From the IMG/VR virus record IMGVR_UViG_3300038968_000013, positions 1 to 49,316 of that record: a DNA stretch of 49,316 nt; one strand, 5' to 3'. The notes beneath the pieces are model-generated. The model was not told where the DNA came from, ran no database searches, and saw nothing but the letters and a program-made list of their open reading frames with translations. Source of the DNA: a virus (taxonomy: Duplodnaviria > Heunggongvirae > Uroviricota > Caudoviricetes). Positions 34,420-41,706 of the stretch are shown here, piece after piece. Both the position numbers and the translations under genes were made by a program. Each line of letters opens with the position of its first letter. The stretch's first letter is position 1.

Positions 34420-34743
34420 ATGTCGTCGTTGAACAAGTTGGCAAAGCAGATTGCGGAAGGTGTGAAGGCGCGTGGGTTCCGGACACCCACGGAGATTGGC
34501 GTATGCCCAATGTGCGGGCAAGATCCTACGATCGCCAAGCTGGGGCTGGTGGGAACCGAGATTGCGGAAGCCATGGAAGCTGCCCGCAAGAACGATCGGG
34601 CCAACTTCGACGAAGAGATCGCGGATACGTTCATTCGCCTCTTCGACATGGTGGGCGCCATGGGCATCGACCTCGATGCGATCCTGGCAGCTAAGGAAAA
34701 AAAGAACGCGAACCGTCCGAAGCTTCACGGGAAGACGTGCTAG
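34420..34743 (+). CDS. MazG-like nucleotide pyrophosphohydrolase
   Basis: EIAEAMEA...EEIAD..IRLFD...K..KN..RP. Confidence 0.85.
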   Translation: MSSLNKLAKQIAEGVKARGFRTPTEIGVCPMCGQDPTIAKLGLVGTEIAEAMEAARKNDRANFDEEIADTFIRLFDMVGAMGIDLDAILAAKEKKNANRPKLHGKTC

Positions 34744-34835
34744 TGAGCCTGCGCGGCGAAGATAGGGAAGCGGTCATGGGCGGAAGAATCAACGATCAAT
34801 TCGATCCCGGCATTCATTTGTCTCCGTGTCGATCG

Positions 34836-35057
34836 ATGGATAAGAAGACGGAACAAGTCGACCACCCTCAACATTACGGTGGTGCTGACAATCCGTACGA
34901 GGCAATTAAGGTCATCGAGGCGTGGAAGCTTGGCTTCTCTCTCGGTAATGCGGTGAAATACATCAGCCGCGCTGGGAAGAAGGATGGGTCACCGGTTCTC
35001 GAAGACCTAAAGAAGGCGCGATGGTATCTCGATCGCGAGATTCAGAGGCTGTCGTGA
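34836..35057 (+). CDS. DUF3310-type phage protein; start uncertain
   Basis: VDHPQHY, GNAVKYISRAGKK, EDLKKARWYL. Confidence 0.85.
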   Translation: MDKKTEQVDHPQHYGGADNPYEAIKVIEAWKLGFSLGNAVKYISRAGKKDGSPVLEDLKKARWYLDREIQRLS

Positions 35058-35305
35058 TCCACTGGATTACTTCGATCAAAACTGACCAAGACAAGCGTCG
35101 AGTGCTCGACCTTATGGCTAACCCATTGCCGCTTTGGAGACCGCTAGACGACGGGACTCTAAGAAGGGTGCCATCTACGGAAGATGCTCAATCAGGTGAC
35201 TTGCGCTATTGCTTGTGGGGTGATCACCTTACGAACGTCGAGTGGTTTTGTCGATGCGCGCACGATGCGTGCAAAAGCTGTCACGAAGAGCGGGGGCAGT
35301 GGTAA
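35054..35305 (+). CDS. hypothetical Cys/His protein
   Basis: GTGA coupling. Confidence 0.55.
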   Translation: MIHWITSIKTDQDKRRVLDLMANPLPLWRPLDDGTLRRVPSTEDAQSGDLRYCLWGDHLTNVEWFCRCAHDACKSCHEERGQW

Positions 35306-35595
35306 TGGACTACGAGTGTCACGTCACGATTCCGCGAGGATACCGCAAGTACGGAAAGCTACTTGCGGAAGTCCTTGGGTTCTCCTACTCTGAGATCCTT
35401 GGCGATCCGGATCTGGGAGAAGACAAGGCGCTGGCGTATCTGAACGGCAAGTTCCGAGACCTCAGCAAAGCACGGGTCAACATCGCACTGATGGTGAACC
35501 TGTGCCAATCGATCAACGTACCTGTACTGCGATCAAAAATAGAATTGATACTAGAAGACATTAGGTATGAAGACGTTTCTATGTCCGACGTGTAA
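35305..35595 (+). CDS. hypothetical protein
   Basis: TAATG coupling. Confidence 0.55.
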   Translation: MDYECHVTIPRGYRKYGKLLAEVLGFSYSEILGDPDLGEDKALAYLNGKFRDLSKARVNIALMVNLCQSINVPVLRSKIELILEDIRYEDVSMSDV

Positions 35596-36031
35596 GCAGG
35601 AGAAGCTAGCGTCAAGCTTCTTTCCTAGCAGATTGAAGGGAAACGCTGTCTATTGTCGAGCATGCGCGAAGGACAACCGCCGAGAATACGACAGGAAGAA
35701 TAAGACTCGACGACAGATGCTGTGTCGCGCCAGGTACCAGAAGAACAAACTGGAGATCATCGCCCGCAAGTACGGGCTTACAAGAGAGCAGTATCAGCGT
35801 ATGATACAGCTTCAAAAGAATAAGTGTGCTATTTGTGGCCAACCGGAAACTCACAAGTACAAGGGGGTAGTTGTGCCCTTGTCGGTTGATCACGATCACA
35901 AAACCGGCAGGGTTCGAGAGCTTCTTTGTCGGAATTGTAATACAGTTGTAGGTATGTCTGAAGAAAATCTAGCTGTACTTCGAAAGGCGATCGTTTACCT
36001 CAAAAAGCACACGGCAACGGAGGGACCATGA
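35567..36031 (+). CDS. endonuclease VII-family nuclease
   Basis: KYGLT...CAIC...VDHDHKTGRVRELLCRNCN. Confidence 0.9.
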   Translation: MKTFLCPTCKQEKLASSFFPSRLKGNAVYCRACAKDNRREYDRKNKTRRQMLCRARYQKNKLEIIARKYGLTREQYQRMIQLQKNKCAICGQPETHKYKGVVVPLSVDHDHKTGRVRELLCRNCNTVVGMSEENLAVLRKAIVYLKKHTATEGP

Positions 36032-36411
36032 AGAAATTCATTCTACTCGCCGTACTGTTTCTGTTTCTCGCGATCCCGACTGTGCCATCAACGGCAGTCG
36101 GGATTGGCGTTTCTAGGGAACCAATCGGCGCATTCAAAATCACCGCGTATCACGGCTCGCAAGTGAAGGGCCGCAAGCAAGCAGTCACCGCATCGGGGAA
36201 GATCGCAGCAGCTGGGCGAACCATTGCGGTCGACCCGCGCGTGATTCCCATGGGGACCGTGGTGGAGATCGAGGGGATTGGGACACGTATTGCCGAGGAT
36301 ACCGGGAAGGACATCAAGGGGAAGTGGATCGATCTGTATGCCACATCACTGCACGAGGCGCGCAAGTTCGGCGTCAAGCGCAAGCAGGTATACATCGTGA
36401 AGGGCGGGTAA
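36028..36411 (+). CDS. secreted 3D-domain peptidoglycan lytic transglycosylase
   Basis: Signal peptide; ITAY, TASG, IAVDPRVIP.G, AEDTG, IDLY. Confidence 0.88.
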   Translation: MKKFILLAVLFLFLAIPTVPSTAVGIGVSREPIGAFKITAYHGSQVKGRKQAVTASGKIAAAGRTIAVDPRVIPMGTVVEIEGIGTRIAEDTGKDIKGKWIDLYATSLHEARKFGVKRKQVYIVKGG

Positions 36412-36416
36412 CCGCC

Positions 36417-36471
36417 CAGAAAGCCTCAGGAAAAGAAAAGGGTTGACTAAATCGACGCTATGGACTAGTTA
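36417..36471 (+). promoter_or_regulatory. operator motif + putative promoter TTGACT-17-TAGTTA; leaderless ATG 36479
   Basis: CCAGAAAGCCTCAGGAAAAG is the reverse complement of the 30105 motif; imperfect -10. Confidence 0.5.
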
Positions 36472-36478
36472 GTACACC

Positions 36479-37204
36479 ATGAACGAAAGAACAGTCACCC
36501 TCTACCGCATCTCTCAACGTCGTACGGATGACAGCAAGGTTCGCCGCCAGATCGAAGAGATCGTTCAGCGGGGCCTTGCTGGCGTTCGTGCCAAACACTT
36601 CAGAGTCCTGAAATGGACAACGCCCCAGCCGCAAAGCTCACCGAGCGGGTGGGTGTATCGCATCACGCTTCAGTTTACTCCCACGGGATACGGTAGTGCT
36701 CACTACGCGAAGACCTGGGAGTCTGTCGTTCGATTCATCGAGGTCGCGGCGAAGTCGCGCGGTGGATGGAATGAGGAGATCGAGAAAGTCCCGGATGCGC
36801 CGTTTCTGTGGCTTCTGAGCGCACTCGATGGCCGTACCGAGATCCGAAAGACGACCATTCGTGGAACCATCCACCGTAAGGTACCCTTCGTGTGCGTGGC
36901 CACCGTGAACGACCTGGAGCTGTTCGAATCGCGGCACGATGGCGCCATGGCGTCCCGGTTCTCGCACAAGATCTACTGTCCGCGTCCGAATGCGGCAACG
37001 CTGCGGAAGATCCTCATGCGCGAGATCGAGTCGATGGACGGCGACCCGAATTGGGTGGAGCCAGCACTGCGCTACTGCATCGACGTCGAGAACAATACCG
37101 ATCCTCGTCGCGTGATCGCCGTGTGTCTCACGGGGCGTGACGATTTGCTGACGGGCAAGTTTCAGGACAACCTGAAGGCTTGCATGCCGAAAGGGGGAGA
37201 CTGA
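36479..37204 (+). CDS. AAA+ ATPase-derived protein lacking Walker A
   Basis: EEIEK (Walker-B-like), VATVN, ASRF, RRVI present; no GxxxxGK. Confidence 0.6.
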   Translation: MNERTVTLYRISQRRTDDSKVRRQIEEIVQRGLAGVRAKHFRVLKWTTPQPQSSPSGWVYRITLQFTPTGYGSAHYAKTWESVVRFIEVAAKSRGGWNEEIEKVPDAPFLWLLSALDGRTEIRKTTIRGTIHRKVPFVCVATVNDLELFESRHDGAMASRFSHKIYCPRPNAATLRKILMREIESMDGDPNWVEPALRYCIDVENNTDPRRVIAVCLTGRDDLLTGKFQDNLKACMPKGGD

Positions 37205-37716
37205 TGAACTACATCATCGCACACGCGAAGGCTTTTGCGGAGCACCTTCATGCGACGCAATCGTACGGCCACCATCCGTACGCGTACCACCTGGAGCAGG
37301 TAGTCGATATCCTGAAGCTGGCGGGATATTCGAGCCCGCATCTCGACTGTGACATCATCGCAGCGGGTTGGCTGCACGACTCCATCGAAGACACGCCGTA
37401 CACCTGGGCGCGCTGCGTGCAGGACTTCGGTCCCGACGTTGCCGACATCGTACAGGCGGTCACCGACGAGCCGGGAGCCAACCGGAGGGAACGCCACGAG
37501 AAGACGTACCCGAAGATCAAGGCGAGTGAGAAGGCCACCGCCGTGAAGCTCGCGGATCGCATCGCGAACGTCCTCGAAAGCATGCGCAACAATAGCCCGA
37601 CGCTCAAGATGTACCAAAAAGAACACCCCGGTTTTCAGGCCGGGGTGCGAAGGGAATCCTACAAGGACGTGCGCGTCACGTTTCTCTGGACGCTGCTCGA
37701 TAAACTGATCGGTTAG
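37204..37716 (+). CDS. HD-domain (p)ppGpp hydrolase-like protein (Mesh1/SAH type)
   Basis: H..Q.Y...PY..HL, WLHDSIEDT, FG..VA.IV..VTD, VKLADRIAN. Confidence 0.88.
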   Translation: MNYIIAHAKAFAEHLHATQSYGHHPYAYHLEQVVDILKLAGYSSPHLDCDIIAAGWLHDSIEDTPYTWARCVQDFGPDVADIVQAVTDEPGANRRERHEKTYPKIKASEKATAVKLADRIANVLESMRNNSPTLKMYQKEHPGFQAGVRRESYKDVRVTFLWTLLDKLIG

Positions 37717-38222
37717 AGCGGCGTATACAGAAAGAACGGGTAGACCGTAATACTAAACGTATCAGCCGTTGCGGGGGTAGTGACCTTTACCTTCACGATC
37801 GCATCAGGCGCGATGGGCCAAGGCCCAAGATCGATGTACTGAGGCGTGGTTGGGGTAATGGTCACCCCACTCGCAAGGTTATTGTAGTCAGGGTCATTGT
37901 CCCCAATGCTGATGACCGGATTCACGGTGACGTTCTGTTCAGTCTTGAAGACAATCGCCTTCAGGCCAAAGAAGGCATACCCTGGTTGATTGATTTGCTC
38001 GAAGCTAGTCTCCCCGGCGACAAGGGTGTCCACCTGAATGGGGTCTAGCTGGTGAAGATAGGATACTCGCATTTTCTTTCTTCGCTTCCGAACGCACTCG
38101 CGCTGCGGTGTAGTAAGGGCTTCCGCGATCTGCGGGGACGTCCCTGTAGGAATCGGCTGTGCGTAGGCTGGGCTCGTGAAGGCCAGCATTACGGCTAGTA
38201 GTAGTGCAACAATGGTTCTCAA
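37713..38222 (-). CDS. secreted beta-sandwich-like protein
   Basis: Signal peptide ending AYA; beta-rich body. Confidence 0.65.
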   Translation of the reverse strand: MRTIVALLLAVMLAFTSPAYAQPIPTGTSPQIAEALTTPQRECVRKRRKKMRVSYLHQLDPIQVDTLVAGETSFEQINQPGYAFFGLKAIVFKTEQNVTVNPVISIGDNDPDYNNLASGVTITPTTPQYIDLGPWPIAPDAIVKVKVTTPATADTFSITVYPFFLYTPL

Positions 38223-38338
38223 AACTGTTCTCCTGTCGCATTCTTTCCTGCCTGCGTTCCTGCAATCGGCTTAGACCGTATCTGGTTCTTCCCCGGTTGC
38301 AGGATCGCCTTCAGAATCGCGATGATTAGCTTCTTCAT
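38219..38338 (-). CDS. 39-aa protein (MKKLIIAILKAIL...)
   Basis: ATGA coupling; amphipathic N-terminus. Confidence 0.45.
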   Translation of the reverse strand: MKKLIIAILKAILQPGKNQIRSKPIAGTQAGKNATGEQF

Positions 38339-39884
38339 GGTTGGCTCGCGAGGTATTCTTCGCACGTCATGCGGGGGCACTCGCGAACCTCCCCACCGTC
38401 GATACCGAGTCCGCAGCTGAAGCGGACAATCAGTCCCGCCTTCAGTCCAGCGCAACGGTGTGCGTTTTGGTGGTTGTTCTCGTGGAGACGAGAGAGTCCC
38501 CACTTTCCTTCCAGGACTGCCTCCATCCACTGGTGATGGAACTTGCCCTTGATACGGGCCCATTTGCAGACCTCTTCCTTGGTCCACTTCGGATCGAGAC
38601 GCCCACTAAAATCCTTCATGCGAAGGAAATGATGTTCCTCTTCATCGCGCGCCGTTGCCTCTAGGCGAAGGTGCGCATCACGTACGACTCCGGGTCCAGG
38701 GTCTGGTCCTACGCCGCACTGGAAGTCATCTACGGCGTGGTGAACCATATGAGCAGCTTCGAGGAGATCCACTTGCTGCGGGGTCAGTGCGGGCATCCGT
38801 GTGTTCGCCTGCACCGTCCCCAGCTCGCGACGAGGCTTGTTGACCAGCTCGCGCTTCGGCAGCTCGAAGTTGGCACCCTTAACGCAACGTCCGTTCTCCT
38901 TACGAATGTTCATGGCGTCCATGAGATCCGGCGTCATGAGCGGAGAGTCGAAGCAATCGAAGGGGTACGCCAGCATCACGGTACGCACATCGTTGAGCAC
39001 CTGATGCTCCTTCGAGTAGTGCTTTCCGTTCGGGTCCGTTTGCCAGATGCCACCGAGCGTATCCTTGAGCGCACGGGCAATCTCGTAATCGATCCCGAGG
39101 CGCTTCGTGATGTCGCCAAGGTTCTCGACCTCGGACGAGTACTTGATCAGCGTGAAGGTCTGGCGAAGAGCGATGACGGCTTCTGACGCAGCTTCCCACC
39201 GGACCTCTTGCGCCGCATCCATCCAGACCTGAGTCGCGGTACAGCCGCGCGCATCAAATCCATACGGGTCGCTGTACAGCCCTTCGTCCTCAAACTTGAT
39301 AGAGACATCTCGATAGCTGGGACGCACAGGCTTGGTTGGATTGTCGTTACAATCTCCGGGTACAATAGGTGAAGGAGTAGGCGTTGGCGTAGCAGTAGCG
39401 GTAGCCTGGATTTGGGTACCCGTTTTTACCGGCGTAGTCGTTGCCGTCCGAACTGGCGTTGGGTTTCCCGTGGCCATGTTAGTTACCGTGGCCACGATAG
39501 TCGCGGTGGGCGTTGCCGTGGAACCGCAATTGTCGGTGCCGGGGGAACGGGCTCCCCTAGACAGCCGCTGGAAGTCGAGCAGGAACAGCGCACGCGGAAG
39601 AAGTCCGTGAGCACACCCTCACTCCATATTGTAACCTGATTATCACTGCCGTCCTTCGGAACACGCGCCACGTCGGGCACACTCAGCGTGATCTGCGGGC
39701 CGCTTGTAGCGACCTTTACCCATGCTGGAACGCCAGCAATCGAGTAGGGCTGAGACGTCGACACAGTGACGCTTTGGGTGATGGAGGGTTTGTAGGTAGT
39801 CCCAAACTTGACAATGCCGAGGTCAGCAGCCCATCCCTGTGCCGGTAGCAGAAACAGCATTATAGCAAGGAATAGGCTCTTCAT
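38335..39884 (-). CDS. secreted protein: signal peptide, Ig-like domain, Thr/Pro linker, His-rich helical domain; split by a -1 frameshift at the G run 39541-39545
   Basis: Adding one base joins GEPVPP-GTDNCGSTATPTATIVATVTNM (516 aa). Confidence 0.6.
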
Positions 39885-39886
39885 GA

Positions 39887-40204
39887 TTATACCTCTTCTT
39901 CTTCGAGTGACATGACCGCGTGCTCAATGAGCTGGTTGATGACCTTCGCCCCAACCTGAATGCCCTGTTGCTTAGCGTACTCTTCGAGATACGCCTTCAC
40001 GCATCCTGCCTTGATTGCGCCATCAATCCCCTGGTTCAGCTCCTGCAGCTTTACCTGCTGCAGTGCGACCGGGAGAAGGATGTCGAGAGCGACCGGTCCT
40101 GCTACGCGCAGAAGATTCGCGATCGACTTCTTGATGATCTTTCCGGAGTCGGTGCGAAAGAACGCCTCGACCTTATCCCAAAATGCCTTAAACCACCCAA
40201 GCAT
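39887..40204 (-). CDS. holin-like protein (LL-H-like pattern)
   Basis: Position in the lysis cassette; ...KAYLEE...INQLIEHAVMSL. Confidence 0.45.
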   Translation of the reverse strand: MLGWFKAFWDKVEAFFRTDSGKIIKKSIANLLRVAGPVALDILLPVALQQVKLQELNQGIDGAIKAGCVKAYLEEYAKQQGIQVGAKVINQLIEHAVMSLEEEEV

Positions 40205-40205
40205 G

Positions 40206-40463
40206 TTACTGATCCTTCTTAGCGGCTCCTGTAAGCTTCTCAAACTTGCCCGCCAGCCCGAGAGCGGTCATTCCGGCGCCAATCATGACGTCGGCCTTCG
40301 TCGCAGTGGCCTGGTCGTATACCCCTGTTGCCGCCATGTTGAGGTACAGGCCGAGACCGGTGAGAAGGAAAAACGCACCACCAAGGTACGTGCGATAGCC
40401 ATCAAGGAACTTCATCTTGATGACGTGGGCGATGATGAACGACTGTAGCTTCTGTAGTAGCAT
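40206..40463 (-). CDS. holin-like two-TM protein
   Basis: LDGYRTYLGG..., two hydrophobic helices, basic tail. Confidence 0.6.
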   Translation of the reverse strand: MLLQKLQSFIIAHVIKMKFLDGYRTYLGGAFFLLTGLGLYLNMAATGVYDQATATKADVMIGAGMTALGLAGKFEKLTGAAKKDQ

Positions 40464-40466
40464 ATA

Positions 40467-40832
40467 TTACCCGCGTAGATATTGGATCATGAGCGGAATC
40501 CACGACAGTACACCGCCGAGGATTGCCACCATAACCGCAAGGTTTGTGTTGCGCTTGAAGGACTCTGTGTCCTTGAGTTCTTCCTCTAGCGACTCCACCA
40601 GCTGTTCTAGTGTCGCAACGCGAGTCGTAAGGGGGCGTTGGCCATTGCCATCAATCACTACATACTCCAGGTTCTCGACAGCGCGACGGAGGTACTGAAA
40701 CTCAGTGTTGAGGCGAATGATGGTATCTGACTTTCCATGTACTTCCTGCATTAGCTTTTCGATAAGAAGCGTGATGGCCGCAAAGCCGCGATCAAGGTGT
40801 TTAGAGAATTCTGTCGGAGCGATGTCATTCAT
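40467..40832 (-). CDS. coiled-coil protein with C-terminal TM (lysis cassette)
   Basis: TRVATLEQ...LAVMVAILGGVLSWI. Confidence 0.65.
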   Translation of the reverse strand: MNDIAPTEFSKHLDRGFAAITLLIEKLMQEVHGKSDTIIRLNTEFQYLRRAVENLEYVVIDGNGQRPLTTRVATLEQLVESLEEELKDTESFKRNTNLAVMVAILGGVLSWIPLMIQYLRG

Positions 40833-41032
40833 GGGGAGCCTTTAGAGAGGGATTCCAGAACCTGCGCATACCGCTTGACGGTACTGATGGCGCTAGCGTC
40901 TGGTTCAAGGGAAAGCTTTTCGGCAAGCTGAACAACCTTCTTCAGCTCCCCGGCGACCACACCTACTGTGGGGTTGTCGCGTAGGATAGTATCATACTCA
41001 CCATTTTTAGGCAAGGAAACTGACGCTTTCAT
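40829..41032 (-). CDS. hypothetical protein
   Basis: TAATG coupling to the endolysin. Confidence 0.55.
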   Translation of the reverse strand: MKASVSLPKNGEYDTILRDNPTVGVVAGELKKVVQLAEKLSLEPDASAISTVKRYAQVLESLSKGSP

Positions 41033-41697
41033 TATAGAATAACCTCGCCTTTTAGTGAGCGCAGAAACCACTCCCATCCGCGCTTTGTAACAAAACCGCC
41101 CATCGTAACCGCAACAGCATCATTCAGCCACTTAATGGCGCGGTCACAGTGGTGCGAGGTGCCGATAGGAAACTGGCGAAGCTTCCATCGGTTCTCGGCT
41201 CCGGTCTGCACATAGATGCCCCCCGCGTTGTATGCCGCAAAGACAAGCGGCCCATCGAGGAGCGTCTTCGGGGTTTGGTCTCGAAGGTAGGAGGTTCCCG
41301 CCATGATCGCGTTCTGCGGGTCCATGAGCCAGTCCCGATCCACCTTGAACCCCATCGTGGCCGATGCCGTAGAAATAAGAGTCTGCATAAGCCCGACCGA
41401 GATACGATGTGGAGTGTCCTCATCGCTCTTGTATCCGGGCTCCTTGCGAATCACGCCCGCGTTGCCAGATGACTCCGTAGCAATGGTCGCCATGATGTAC
41501 TCTACTGGTATAGAGTAGCGATACGCAGCCTTATCGATCTCGCGACCATACTTTGACCAGATGCTCTCCATCGTAACGGGGCGCCCACTGGAACGCTCAA
41601 TCCCAGAGTTTTCGATCTCAACGCCTCCGGGAACAAGGCGCCACTTCACGCTTTCGAAGATCTGATGGTAGACAAACGGATTATGTTGCTGAGGCAT
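41032..41697 (-). CDS. endolysin, soluble lytic transglycosylase (SLT) family
   Basis: IATESSG, SVGLMQ, AAYNAG. Confidence 0.88.
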   Translation of the reverse strand: MPQQHNPFVYHQIFESVKWRLVPGGVEIENSGIERSSGRPVTMESIWSKYGREIDKAAYRYSIPVEYIMATIATESSGNAGVIRKEPGYKSDEDTPHRISVGLMQTLISTASATMGFKVDRDWLMDPQNAIMAGTSYLRDQTPKTLLDGPLVFAAYNAGGIYVQTGAENRWKLRQFPIGTSHHCDRAIKWLNDAVAVTMGGFVTKRGWEWFLRSLKGEVIL

Positions 41698-41706
41698 AAG
41701 TCCCTA

